Shown here piece after piece: positions 35,815-45,764 of a DNA stretch of 64,000 nucleotides. Every line of letters begins with the position of its first letter. Within the stretch, counting starts at the first letter, position 1. The notes beneath the pieces were generated by a model that saw only the letters and a program-made list of their open reading frames with translations, was not told where the DNA came from and ran no database searches. Position numbers and translations under genes: made by a program. Where the stretch lies: contig CAZZNV010000004.1 in NCBI GenBank assembly GCA_964655915.1, forward strand, positions 18,664-82,663, read 5' to 3'. The DNA comes from an uncultured Azospirillaceae bacterium (GTDB lineage Bacteria; Pseudomonadota; Alphaproteobacteria; RF32; CAG-239).

Positions 35815-37644
35815 ATGAATGAACAAGTTGATAATATTGAAAATTGGATAAAAAAAATAAACAAAGCTGAAGGGTGTTACCAGAAATATTATGGAGTGAT
35901 TAAGAAAACTCGAGATGCGTATAAGGGGAAAGGGCTGTCTTTTGCCGGAGAAGAAAAATACAATATTTTTTGGTCGTCGGTCGAGACGTTAAAGCCGTTT
36001 TTGTATTTTAAGCAGCCTAAACCCTTTATTCAACGCAAAGGGCAAAATAACGGAGAGGCCGAACGCTTGGCTTGCAAAATTCTGGAAAATGCGCTGGAAT
36101 GGGATTTGGAGCAGTTTGATTTTGACAGTGTTATCAAATATGCCCGTAACGATTTTTTGATTTCCGGTTTGGGTTTGGTGTGGGAACAATATAAACCGGA
36201 GTTCATTGAAATAGCTAATCCGGAAACGGTATCCGGAAAAGAGGAGGAAAATAATCAAGGCGGTTTTTGGGCAATTAAAACCGGTGAAAAAGTTGAAAGT
36301 GTCTATATTGATCCGGCAAATTTTATTTGTGATTGTGATAAGGTTGGAATTTGGGAAGATGTAGAGTGGATTGCCCGCAAAGTGTATATGAATCGAGCGA
36401 AAGCGATTGAATGTTTCGGTTTGGCTGCGGAAAATTTGTTTCCTGCAATTTTGGCTGAACGAAATGACGGGCGGGAAATTTGCATTTATGAAATTTGGGA
36501 TAAGCCATCACGTAAAGTTTATTGGTTGTCTAAAGAAGCTCCTTCTGCGTTTTTGCGGGTATCTGATGATCCGTTGAAGCTGAGCGGATTTTTTCCTTGT
36601 CCTAAACCGATTATGGCGACAGTTACTAATGACAGTATAATTCCAGAGCCTGATTATTGCATGATTCAGGGAATGATTAATGAGCTTAACGGTATCACAA
36701 CCAGAATGAGGCTTACAATGCAGGCTTTGAAGGTGAGCGGTGCGTATGATAAGTCATTTCCGGAACTGCATTCTATTTTGGACAAGGATATTACATTAGT
36801 TGCGGTCAGTGATTTTCAGAAACTTAAAGATTGCGGTGGTATTAGAGGTATTATTGATTTTGCACCGATTGAACAATATATCGCGGCGCTGGAGGCATTG
36901 GCCAGACGGCGTGATGATATTGTGGAGGATATTTTTGAAGTTACCGGTGTGTCGGATATTATGAGAGGAAACTCAAATGTTGCGGAAACGGCGACGGCTG
37001 TTGCCAAAAAAACAAATTTCGGTACATTGCGCAATCAAGACCGCCAAAACGATATGCAACGATTTATTCGTGATTTGTATAAAATTAAGGCGGAAATTAT
37101 ATGCGAGCAATTTTCAACAGATGTATTGGCAAGCTTTTTAAGTGAAGAGGAACGTGAAAATACGGCGGTTGTTTATCAGGCAATTGCGTTGCTGAGGGAA
37201 GATAAAATGCGCGGTATGGTGTTGGGTATTGAAACAGATACCGTGATAAATCAGGAGGAAGAAAACGCTAAGGTTATGAATGGTATAAACGCTGTTAACG
37301 GGTTGATTGCTTCGGCTTTTGATAAGGTTTCGTCACAACCAGCGTTGCTTCCGCTATATAAACAAATGATTCATGTTGTTGTTTCTTCTTTGCCAAAGGC
37401 TCGACAGTTTGAAGGTGTTTTGGATATGGTCTTTGACGAAGTGGAGCGCGAATTAAACAAGCCTGAAGTCGGTGTTCAGCCGTTGCTTCAAAATAATCCG
37501 CAGATGGATTTGGCGCACAAGCAACTGGATATGAATTATGAAATCAATCGCGAGAAAAATATGCTCAAAGCCAGAGAACTTGACTTGAAGGAAAGAGAAC
37601 AAAATTTAGAAACGGTAAAAGAGTTTAACAAAGGTAATAAATAA
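35815..37644 (+). CDS. Putative portal protein (609 aa)
   Basis: Size and position after large terminase; C-terminal coiled-coil. No motif-level confirmation. Confidence 0.5.
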   Translation: MNEQVDNIENWIKKINKAEGCYQKYYGVIKKTRDAYKGKGLSFAGEEKYNIFWSSVETLKPFLYFKQPKPFIQRKGQNNGEAERLACKILENALEWDLEQFDFDSVIKYARNDFLISGLGLVWEQYKPEFIEIANPETVSGKEEENNQGGFWAIKTGEKVESVYIDPANFICDCDKVGIWEDVEWIARKVYMNRAKAIECFGLAAENLFPAILAERNDGREICIYEIWDKPSRKVYWLSKEAPSAFLRVSDDPLKLSGFFPCPKPIMATVTNDSIIPEPDYCMIQGMINELNGITTRMRLTMQALKVSGAYDKSFPELHSILDKDITLVAVSDFQKLKDCGGIRGIIDFAPIEQYIAALEALARRRDDIVEDIFEVTGVSDIMRGNSNVAETATAVAKKTNFGTLRNQDRQNDMQRFIRDLYKIKAEIICEQFSTDVLASFLSEEERENTAVVYQAIALLREDKMRGMVLGIETDTVINQEEENAKVMNGINAVNGLIASAFDKVSSQPALLPLYKQMIHVVVSSLPKARQFEGVLDMVFDEVERELNKPEVGVQPLLQNNPQMDLAHKQLDMNYEINREKNMLKARELDLKEREQNLETVKEFNKGNK

Positions 37645-37690
37645 TTTGGCTTTGAGAAATCAAAGCCTTTTTTATATCTGAAAACCGGAG

Positions 37691-37930
37691 GTGAGTATGA
37701 CGAATTTTAGCCGTGAATGGATTGAAGAGATTGTTTTGCCGGATGGAACGACAGCGACTTCCGCTGCGGACGTTGATCGTTATATGCGGCAAAACGGGGT
37801 GGTGTTGGCTAGTGATTATTCCAAAGATTATTACCGCACCGTGAGATGGAAGAAACAGCAGCGGGAAAAGGACGAAGCGTTTAAATGTTTTGTAGAAGCT
37901 TATAAAAGGAGTGTTTGGTGTAATGACTGA
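37691..37930 (+). CDS. Phage hypothetical protein (79 aa)
   Basis: SD-like GGAGGTGAG upstream; overlaps the next gene by 20 nt. Confidence 0.4.
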   Translation: MSMTNFSREWIEEIVLPDGTTATSAADVDRYMRQNGVVLASDYSKDYYRTVRWKKQQREKDEAFKCFVEAYKRSVWCND

Positions 37931-38735
37931 GAAAAGTGAAACCAGAAAAATTTTAGAACAAAAATTTGCCGAGTTGGCGGAAACAGAAGAAGAAAAAACA
38001 GATGAAAAGGAAGAGGTAAAAGATGAGGTCGAAGAGCTGAATTTCAGCTCGCTTCCAAAATCTTTTAGGTTGGAAATGGCCGAATTGTTTGGTCAACTTC
38101 CGGAAGAAATGCAAAAGTATTTGCATGAAAAAGACAAAGAAGATGAACAGAAGTTTGCAGAGCTTCAACGAAAAATTGATGAAAAAAAGTGGATTGATGA
38201 AATTTGTGAACATCACATGTCTCGTCTGCAAAAATGCGGAATTAATGATGTTCAAAAATGGCTGAAAAATATAACCGATATAGATGAAGCTTTGGAGTGC
38301 AATCCGCAGGCTATGCTGTCTATTTTATTTGATGTTTACGGGGGTGGGGTGCCGACAAATAGTGATAAAGAGGCAACACCAGAAGAGGATAAAATGCAGG
38401 ATGCTTGGCGAATTGTCGGCGGTTTTATGCAGGCTGCCGATGATGAAGGCAATGTTCGTTACCCTTATGCGGATATTGTTAAAGAACAAATGGCTGGGCT
38501 GCTGAAATGTGGAGCTTCCCGCAATTTGGAAGATGCATATGAGAAAGCAATTTGGCTTGATGGTCGGATACGTACAAAATTGATTAAAGAAAAAGCTGAA
38601 GCCGTGCTTAAAGAAAAAGCTCTGGAAGCAGAAAAGGCCAAACAGGCCGGATTTGCTCCTAAAGGGCGTTTATCGCAAGCCGACATGAGCAAACTGTCAA
38701 CAAGAGAGTTGTTGCAACGTTTGATGGACCAGTAA
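37911..38735 (+). CDS. Putative scaffolding protein (acidic, coiled-coil)
   Basis: EEEKTDEKEEVKDEVEEL... and a long helical KEKAEAVLKEKALEAEKAKQ. Sits between portal and capsid and is followed by a strong terminator. Confidence 0.5.
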   Translation: MFGVMTEKSETRKILEQKFAELAETEEEKTDEKEEVKDEVEELNFSSLPKSFRLEMAELFGQLPEEMQKYLHEKDKEDEQKFAELQRKIDEKKWIDEICEHHMSRLQKCGINDVQKWLKNITDIDEALECNPQAMLSILFDVYGGGVPTNSDKEATPEEDKMQDAWRIVGGFMQAADDEGNVRYPYADIVKEQMAGLLKCGASRNLEDAYEKAIWLDGRIRTKLIKEKAEAVLKEKALEAEKAKQAGFAPKGRLSQADMSKLSTRELLQRLMDQ

Positions 38736-38764
38736 GGTTTTAAATTGTTTGTTTTTTGATGAGG

Positions 38765-38792
38765 GGACTCCGTTGGATAACGGAGTTTTTTT
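38765..38792 (+). terminator. Terminator (ACTCCGTT-GGAT-AACGGAGT plus T7)
   Basis: 8-bp stem. Confidence 0.65.
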
Positions 38793-38816
38793 ATAATTTG
38801 TTGAGAAGGAAATAAA

Positions 38817-39791
38817 ATGGCTAATTCTAATTATAATGATATATTCACAACAACTTTGGAAAATCGTGCCGGAAATTTGGCTGATAATGTTTCCAAAAAT
38901 AACGCGTTGTTGTTAAAGCTGAAAGAGAAGGGAAATCTTCGTTCTATCAGCGGTGGTTCCAAAATCTTGGAAGAACTGGAATATGGTGAAGGGGATTTAA
39001 CGTGGTATAGCGGTTATGATACAATTACTTATACTCCGAAACAACTTTTTACGGCTGCGGAATACAGTTGGAAAATGTGTGCGGTTCCGGTTGCCGTTTC
39101 CGGTGAAGATTTGCTGAAAAACTCTGGTAAGGAACGGATTGTGGATTTGTTTGAAAAGCGTATTGATAACGCTATGAAAACCATGTCAAACAAAATGGCA
39201 TCTGCTTTATATGGTGATGGTACAGGCTCTTCTGGAAAGGCTATCGGCGGTTTGGCCTTGTTGGTGGCTGATAATCCGGCAACCGGTACGGTTGGCGGTA
39301 TTAATCGTGCAACCACAGGCAATGAATTTTGGCGCAATAAATCAACCACGGCTACCGCAGCTTTAACGAAGGATACTATTCGTCCGGCCATGGATAAAAT
39401 GTATATTTCATTGTGTCGCGGAACAGATAAACCTGATTTGATTGTGGCCGGAGATTCTATGTATTCTCTATATGAACAATCATTGGTTCAGTTACAACGC
39501 TTTACGGAATCAAAAATGGCAGATGCCGGTTTTGAGGCTTTGAAATATAAAGGTGCTGATGTTATCTTTGACGGCGGTCAGGGTGGTAGTTGTCCTGATG
39601 GTAAAATGTATTTTCTGAATACGGATTATTTGTATTTGCGTTCGCATGATGAAAGAAACATGAAAGTTATCGGCGGCGAAAGAATGGCCGTTAATCAAGA
39701 TGCTTTATACAAAATTATCGGTTGGGCTGGAAATATGACAATGTCTAATGCAAGTTTGCAGGGTGTGTTGTCTGATAAAGCCAGCTCTTAG
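38817..39791 (+). CDS. Putative major capsid protein (324 aa)
   Basis: Position after the scaffold, followed by a strong terminator. No motif-level confirmation. Confidence 0.5.
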   Translation: MANSNYNDIFTTTLENRAGNLADNVSKNNALLLKLKEKGNLRSISGGSKILEELEYGEGDLTWYSGYDTITYTPKQLFTAAEYSWKMCAVPVAVSGEDLLKNSGKERIVDLFEKRIDNAMKTMSNKMASALYGDGTGSSGKAIGGLALLVADNPATGTVGGINRATTGNEFWRNKSTTATAALTKDTIRPAMDKMYISLCRGTDKPDLIVAGDSMYSLYEQSLVQLQRFTESKMADAGFEALKYKGADVIFDGGQGGSCPDGKMYFLNTDYLYLRSHDERNMKVIGGERMAVNQDALYKIIGWAGNMTMSNASLQGVLSDKASS

Positions 39792-39804
39792 TTTTGAAAT
39801 AAAA

Positions 39805-39841
39805 GAAAAAATGGGCAGCCAATTATTTGGCTGCCTTTTTT
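39805..39841 (+). terminator. Terminator (GGGCAGCCAA-TTATT-TGGCTGCC plus T6)
   Basis: 9-bp stem. Confidence 0.7.
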
Positions 39842-39855
39842 AGAAAGGGAAAATA

Positions 39856-40416
39856 ATGGATTTTGCAACATTTGAACGGATTGCCCAAGATGCCAATCCG
39901 GAAGAGGGCGTGTTTGCCAGATTTTACGATCGAGTCGTTAAAACCGGTGAGGTTGATGAAAACGGCTTTCCGGAATTTGAGACGGTATGTTTTGTTGAAA
40001 TCAGGCTGAAGGACAATAACTCCGAGGTTTTTGACCAACCGGCTTCTTCTGATAAAATAAAACGTTTTCCGGCAGAATATGCCCGCTATCAATTGGCTAA
40101 AAAACAGTGTGAAAAAGGTACGCCTTTGGAACAGTTCGCTTTTTTGACCGCTGCTGAAATTGAGAGTTTGAAAATGCGCGGTATTTTTACGGTTGAAGCT
40201 TTGTCCGGTTTAGATAAAGAAAAGGTCGGATTGCTTAAACTTGAAAGAGAACAAGACTTGGCAAAACGCTTTGTTCAAAAAGCAAAAGATAACAGTGTGT
40301 TGATTGAATGGCAAAAGAAAGAGGAGGCTTATAGGGAGCAGATAGATGTTTTGCAGAATAAGGTTGCGCAATTAGAAGCAGATTTGAAAAAAATTAGAAA
40401 GAAGGAGAAGAACTAA
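39856..40416 (+). CDS. Phage structural/accessory protein with C-terminal coiled-coil
   Basis: 186 aa. No family recognised. Confidence 0.4.
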   Translation: MDFATFERIAQDANPEEGVFARFYDRVVKTGEVDENGFPEFETVCFVEIRLKDNNSEVFDQPASSDKIKRFPAEYARYQLAKKQCEKGTPLEQFAFLTAAEIESLKMRGIFTVEALSGLDKEKVGLLKLEREQDLAKRFVQKAKDNSVLIEWQKKEEAYREQIDVLQNKVAQLEADLKKIRKKEKN

Positions 40417-41129
40417 TGAAGTCTATTTTGCAAATTTGCCAAGATGCAGCCAGTTTGGCAGCCGCGCAAAGGCCTGAAAATTTGTTTAACACAGACAGTC
40501 AGCAAGAAGCTGTTTTTTTGAGTGTTGCTAATGACACCTTAGATAGTTTGCTGCGCTATGGAGATTGGCCGGAATTGGTGCGTGACGGTTGCCTGATTAC
40601 GGTATCGGGTAAGATGTCCTATTTAATCAGCGACTTTTGTCCTGATTTTTATGCCCTCATTAATAATACTGTTTATGTTAAAGACAGCTCTGAAAAGGTT
40701 ATGGGGTCTATTACTCCGGAAGAGTGGGCAAGGGATAAATGTTTTAACATTAGCTCACTTAATTTAAAATTTGTTATCCAAAACGGGATGTTTCGGTTTC
40801 TGACTCCTCCGCCGGACGGGGTACGGATTTTATTTCAGTATCGTTCGGCTGCCATTGTTTATGATGCCGACTGCGGTTTTGAAGAAAAAACAATTTTGGA
40901 TAAGAACAGCGATGTTCCTATTTTTGATGAGTATTTAGTCAAAAAAGGAATTTTATGGCGTTGGTACAGGCGCAACGGTATGCCGTATGAAGAAGAATTT
41001 AATGAGTATGAACGCGAAGTCAAAAACAGGTTTGGCACATCATTGTCCACAAAAGATATTGTGCTGGGCGGTGGTGCATTTGTGCCAATAGATGATGGGG
41101 TGGTGGTTTATGCAAAATCGGTTAAATAA
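40416..41129 (+). CDS. Phage hypothetical protein (head-tail joining region?)
   Basis: 237 aa. No family recognised. Confidence 0.4.
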   Translation: MKSILQICQDAASLAAAQRPENLFNTDSQQEAVFLSVANDTLDSLLRYGDWPELVRDGCLITVSGKMSYLISDFCPDFYALINNTVYVKDSSEKVMGSITPEEWARDKCFNISSLNLKFVIQNGMFRFLTPPPDGVRILFQYRSAAIVYDADCGFEEKTILDKNSDVPIFDEYLVKKGILWRWYRRNGMPYEEEFNEYEREVKNRFGTSLSTKDIVLGGGAFVPIDDGVVVYAKSVK

Positions 41130-42660
41130 TCGCAGAGGGTTTTCTGTTAACTATACATTACCGTCTCCGGTCGGTGGTTTGAATGTTCGTGATAGTTTAG
41201 ATATGATGAATGCTTCTGATGCTATCGTTATGGATAATTATTTTCCGGCGGAAACAAAAGTTTCTTTGCGGCGCGGATATATCAAGTTTGTTGATTTTGC
41301 GTCTCCGGTAAAGACGCTTATTGAATATAAAAGTCCGGAATTTCCGAGACTGTTAGCTTGTTGCGGAGGACATATATATGACGTTACATCTAAAGATGTT
41401 GTTAAGGATTTGGCGGCAGGTTTTTACAGCAATTCGTGGCAATATTGTTTGTTTAAGAACAGGGTGTTTATGGTTAACGGAATTGACAAACCGCAAACTT
41501 ATTACAACAAAGATGGCGAGATGGTTTTGGAGGAGGACGGATTTTCGGGAGAAGGATTAATAACGGCTAAATTAGTCAATGTTTGTGTTTCAAAACAGAG
41601 ATTATTTTTTATTGAAAAATCATCTCTTAATGTGTGGTATTCCGAGCAGGCTGGAGAGGTACAGGGCAAATTATTGAAGTTTGATCTATCGACTATTGCT
41701 CGTGACGGCGGGGAACTTCGAGCTGTTGCTTCATGGACGCAAGATGGCGGACAAGGCATGGACGATATGACTGTTTTTCTGACTTCTGAAGGAGAGGCTA
41801 TTGTTTATTCCGGTTCAGACCCGAGCAATCCGAATGACTGGGTGTTGAAGGGCGTTTATCGTATCAGCCGTCCCATAGGTTACAGGTGTGTGTTGCAATA
41901 TCAGGGAGATATTGTTGTGATTGCCGAGGATGGTTATTTGCCGTTATCCAGAGTTTTGCCTTTAAACAAGGCTTCCGGCGCTCAGGTTGCGTTTAGCGAT
42001 AAAATAAGAGGGTTGGTTCTGGAACGAACAAGGCTAAATCGTCAGAAAGAAGGTTGGCAGGCTATTATATACGGGCGTGGCGGTTATGCTATTTTTAATG
42101 TTCCCGTAGCGCAACAGTTTGAACAACACGTTATAAATATCAGCACCGGTGCGTGGTGTCGTTTTACCAATATCAGGGCTTTTTGTTGGGGAGGACTCAA
42201 TGACCGAATTTATTTCGGTTCAGATGACGGCGTATTTTTGTTTGATGAAGGATATTCTGATAACAAAACGCATATCATGGGGCATATTGAGCAGGCGTAT
42301 TCTAATTTGGGAAGCGAAAATTTGAAGAAAATACAACTTATTAACCCGCGTACGACTTCTTCCGCAAAATATGCTTTGGTGGTTTATACCAATATGGATT
42401 TTAACAGTCGTGACGTGCAATATGCCGAAAATATCGGTTCAGTCGGCACAACAAAATGGAACGTTAACAAATGGAGCTCTAAACAAATGCCGACAGGTAC
42501 CAAATGGGCAACGCTGAAGGGAAAAATACGTTCCCAATGGATTGCCAATTCAGCAACGGGTTTTAAAGCCAGTTTGGTGTTTAAGACCAAAACTCGAGGT
42601 AATCTGATTGAGTGGTATGACACGGGGTTTCGCTATGAGCAAGGAAACGGAATTTTGTAG
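41092..42660 (+). CDS. Large virion protein (522 aa), function unknown
   Basis: Overlaps the upstream gene by 38 nt. No family recognised. Confidence 0.45.
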   Translation: MMGWWFMQNRLNNRRGFSVNYTLPSPVGGLNVRDSLDMMNASDAIVMDNYFPAETKVSLRRGYIKFVDFASPVKTLIEYKSPEFPRLLACCGGHIYDVTSKDVVKDLAAGFYSNSWQYCLFKNRVFMVNGIDKPQTYYNKDGEMVLEEDGFSGEGLITAKLVNVCVSKQRLFFIEKSSLNVWYSEQAGEVQGKLLKFDLSTIARDGGELRAVASWTQDGGQGMDDMTVFLTSEGEAIVYSGSDPSNPNDWVLKGVYRISRPIGYRCVLQYQGDIVVIAEDGYLPLSRVLPLNKASGAQVAFSDKIRGLVLERTRLNRQKEGWQAIIYGRGGYAIFNVPVAQQFEQHVINISTGAWCRFTNIRAFCWGGLNDRIYFGSDDGVFLFDEGYSDNKTHIMGHIEQAYSNLGSENLKKIQLINPRTTSSAKYALVVYTNMDFNSRDVQYAENIGSVGTTKWNVNKWSSKQMPTGTKWATLKGKIRSQWIANSATGFKASLVFKTKTRGNLIEWYDTGFRYEQGNGIL

Positions 42661-43087
42661 AGCCATTGAAGGAAAGTTTCCGTCTTTAGCCAGATGGGTG
42701 AGCCTTGGTTTAGGGGAAACTGATTTGTCATGGATGGGAGAAAATTATTATACATCAGCTTTTATTTGTGGAAGTGAACTTGTCGGAGGAGTGGTTTATC
42801 ATGATATTCGCCCGGGCAGAGATGTGTGGCTCACCATTTATACAACCGACAAAAAATGGTGCAACCGCAAAAACTTAAAACACATTTTTCAACTGGCATT
42901 TGAATATTTTAAGTGTCAAAGGGTAAGTGTCGGAGTTTCCGAAGATAATTTGAAAAGTTTAAAACTGGTGAGGGGGTTGGGTTTTCACTCGGAGGGGTGT
43001 TTGCGCAACTATGATGATAACGGCAACGATTATATCGTATTTGGAATGTTAAAACAAGAATGTAAATGGAGAAATAAACATGAGTAA
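42608..43087 (+). CDS. GNAT-fold N-acetyltransferase-like protein within the structural module (start uncertain: ATG 42608, 42617 or 42635)
   Basis: ...VYHDIRPGRDVWLTIYTTDKKWCNRKNLKHIFQLAFEYFKCQRVSVGVSEDNLKSLKLVRGLGFHSEG... is a RimJ/RimL-like GNAT core. Confidence 0.45.
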   Translation: MSGMTRGFAMSKETEFCRAIEGKFPSLARWVSLGLGETDLSWMGENYYTSAFICGSELVGGVVYHDIRPGRDVWLTIYTTDKKWCNRKNLKHIFQLAFEYFKCQRVSVGVSEDNLKSLKLVRGLGFHSEGCLRNYDDNGNDYIVFGMLKQECKWRNKHE

Positions 43088-43739
43088 ATCTATTGGAAAA
43101 ATTTTTGGTTCAGGCAATACGGGAATGTATGGCAGTGAAAATGAAGTTTTGAATTATCTCAATAATTATGATACGTCAAATTATGATAATTCTCTTAAAA
43201 ATATGACGTCACAGGCTTATTCGATATCTCAAAATTTGGAAAATCGTCCGGATTATGTTTTTCGTGTCGATGGTTCTGATGATGCCAGACGACGCATGGA
43301 GCAGGCGACTTATGACAGCGTGGTTGATAAGGTGATGCCGCAGTATGAGCAACTCCGCAGTGATTTGAACACGCGTTTGCAAAATCAGGGGCTGAGTGTT
43401 GGGAGCGAGGCTTATCAACGCGCTATGAATGATTTGGAACAACAGCAAAACTCGGCTCTGAACCAAGCGGCTTATCAGAGTGTGGGAGCCGGACAAAGCG
43501 CCTTTAGCAACAGCTTGCAAAATGCCATAGTCAGCGGTCATTTTTCGAATGAGGCCCGTTCGTATCCGATTCAGGAAATAATTTCTCTTTTATCGTTATC
43601 CCCCAGCGGATATCAGGTGAATATGGATAAGTACAATGTGGCTAATCAGGTTAACGGTCGCAGAGAGGCTGCGCAACAATCCGGATGGAACAATATGTTT
43701 AGTACAGCCAACACAATTGGCAAATTTATGAAAAAATAG
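43080..43739 (+). CDS. Gln/Asn/Ser-rich virion protein (219 aa)
   Basis: No family recognised; may be an internal or ejection-type protein. Confidence 0.35.
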   Translation: MSKSIGKIFGSGNTGMYGSENEVLNYLNNYDTSNYDNSLKNMTSQAYSISQNLENRPDYVFRVDGSDDARRRMEQATYDSVVDKVMPQYEQLRSDLNTRLQNQGLSVGSEAYQRAMNDLEQQQNSALNQAAYQSVGAGQSAFSNSLQNAIVSGHFSNEARSYPIQEIISLLSLSPSGYQVNMDKYNVANQVNGRREAAQQSGWNNMFSTANTIGKFMKK

Positions 43740-43749
43740 GAGAAAAATT

Positions 43750-44547
43750 ATGCCTTTTGACAGTGAGGGAAAATTCAGTCGACTTCATAATTGGGAAGAC
43801 GACAGAATAAATGATATAGATATTGTAACGGACCATCATGATGAAGAAGATGATAATTTGGCAGATGGTCTCAGCCAAACATTGTTGCGTGACGGGCGAG
43901 TTCCGTTAAAGGGAAATCTTGATGCCGGAAACTTTTTAATAAAAAATCTGGCCGCAGCAATTTCAGGAAACGATGCCGTTAATAAAGCGCAGCTTGATAC
44001 GGCAGTTAGTATCATGAAAGAAAGTCTGATTGAAATGCTTAACGGGACATTTAATGTCGGAGATATAAAAGCATCTGCATTGCAAGATGACCACGAAAAC
44101 TGGTTGTTGTGTGACGGACGTGAACTCAGCCGTACCGAGTATGAAGATTTGTATGCGGCGATAGGCACCGCTTTTGGGGACGGAAACGAAGTAACGACAT
44201 TTAATATTCCGGATTGTCGCGGTTTGTTTTTACGTGGTGTTGATAATAATCGCGGATTAGACAGCAATCGCGTGTTGGGAAGCTATCAGGCCGACGCCAC
44301 TGCTGAGCATCATCATTGGGTGGCTAATACAACAAATCAGGGGATCAATAATGATATTTCTCCGGATAAAACGCTGACAGGAAACTCTACCGGTGAATGG
44401 TATGGTGCTTTTTTACGCGGTTCAACAGAAGGGGCAACCGGTGGCAAGAGCAGTGGTGTTAAAGGTGTAGAAGTTGAAAATGTGGCTTCGGAAACGAGGG
44501 TTAAGAACTTGGCCGTCAATTACTTTATTAAGGTGAGAAAGGAGTAG
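43750..44547 (+). CDS. Tail fibre protein with phage tail-collar domain
   Basis: LLCDGRELSRTEYEDLYAAIGTAFGDGNEVTTFNIPDCRGLFLRG matches the Collar/MdpB consensus. The N-terminal LRDGRVPLKGNLDAGNFLIKNLAAA...DAVNKAQLD is a typical fibre N-terminus. Confidence 0.7.
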   Translation: MPFDSEGKFSRLHNWEDDRINDIDIVTDHHDEEDDNLADGLSQTLLRDGRVPLKGNLDAGNFLIKNLAAAISGNDAVNKAQLDTAVSIMKESLIEMLNGTFNVGDIKASALQDDHENWLLCDGRELSRTEYEDLYAAIGTAFGDGNEVTTFNIPDCRGLFLRGVDNNRGLDSNRVLGSYQADATAEHHHWVANTTNQGINNDISPDKTLTGNSTGEWYGAFLRGSTEGATGGKSSGVKGVEVENVASETRVKNLAVNYFIKVRKE

Positions 44548-44549
44548 GC

Positions 44550-44903
44550 ATGTCTGGCAAAATGAATTCTTCCGTGATTGTGGTACGAAAAGGGGATAGT
44601 TTCTCCATTCGTCTGCAGCTGAGAAAGAACAATAAGGCGGTTGACTTTTCCGGAACAACGCCAAGTATGCAGGTTCGCGGAAAAGATGACGATAGTTTGT
44701 TGTGGGAACTTGAAGCTGTACCGGTTGATGTCCAAAACGGATTGTTTGTTTTCCAAATAACTCCGGAACAAACGGGATTGGAAATCGGAGATTATAAAAC
44801 GGACATTCAGTTGAAATTTGATGACGGTTCCGTTCATACTATTTTTCCGGCTGATGTCTATAAAACAGGAATTTTTCGCATAACAGAACAGGTTACGAGG
44901 TAA
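44550..44903 (+). CDS. Phage hypothetical protein (117 aa, beta-rich)
   Basis: Start 3 nt after the upstream stop. Confidence 0.4.
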   Translation: MSGKMNSSVIVVRKGDSFSIRLQLRKNNKAVDFSGTTPSMQVRGKDDDSLLWELEAVPVDVQNGLFVFQITPEQTGLEIGDYKTDIQLKFDDGSVHTIFPADVYKTGIFRITEQVTR

Positions 44904-44906
44904 GCT

Positions 44907-45761
44907 ATGGAAGATAATGTTTTAGCCGTCAATATTGATGACGGCGGTCATATAGAGGTCTATTGGCAAGATGCGGCATCAATTTCGGTTGATGCCGCTT
45001 TGTTGTATATCCAATCCGGTCAGAAAGAGATTGAAGAATATGTTGACGGGGTTGCTAAGCCTGAAATTGAAAACTTCAGTAAAACAGCGGTTAATACAGA
45101 TTTGGCAGCCGCAATGGCTGTTATTCATACAACGGTTGACACAGCTGTTGAAGAAACGAAAACGGCGGCCGAGAGTGCGGCTCTTTCAGCGCAAGAGGCG
45201 GAGAATGTGTTGAATGATTTAGGAGCGGTGGCCGACTGTGATTTATCAAATTTAACGACTGTCGGGCAAAGCAAATTTGACGTAAAAGCGAATGCGGCAG
45301 ATGTTTATACGAAGGAAGAAACAGATGCTAAAATATCTTCGGTTTACAGATATTGCGGTTCAGTTGACACATATGAAAGTCTGCCTCTTTCCGCTGTAAT
45401 CGGCGATGTTTACAATGTTGATGATACGGGAGCAAATTATGCTTGGACAGGAAGTGTTTGGGATAAGCTGAGCGAGACGGTTGATTTGACACCGTATCTG
45501 ACGAAATCTTCCGCGGCGGAAACATATGCTACACTGTCTTCTTTGTCGACGGCTGCTTTTTCCGGAAATTATGCCGATTTGAACGGAAAGCCTGAAAATG
45601 TGTCAGAATTTGTAAATGATGCCGGATATTTGCAGGCAGAGGAAGAGCCTTTGTATAATGCGGAAAAAGCGCAGTATGCCTTAAAGTCTGAATTTGTGGT
45701 TGTTTCAGAATTGCCTGAGAATCCTGATGCCAACACATTCTATTTTATACCGGAGGCTTAG
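44907..45761 (+). CDS. Putative tail fibre / receptor-binding protein
   Basis: 284 aa, Ala/Thr/Asp-rich, sitting between two fibre-like genes. Confidence 0.4.
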   Translation: MEDNVLAVNIDDGGHIEVYWQDAASISVDAALLYIQSGQKEIEEYVDGVAKPEIENFSKTAVNTDLAAAMAVIHTTVDTAVEETKTAAESAALSAQEAENVLNDLGAVADCDLSNLTTVGQSKFDVKANAADVYTKEETDAKISSVYRYCGSVDTYESLPLSAVIGDVYNVDDTGANYAWTGSVWDKLSETVDLTPYLTKSSAAETYATLSSLSTAAFSGNYADLNGKPENVSEFVNDAGYLQAEEEPLYNAEKAQYALKSEFVVVSELPENPDANTFYFIPEA

Positions 45762-45764
45762 TGT

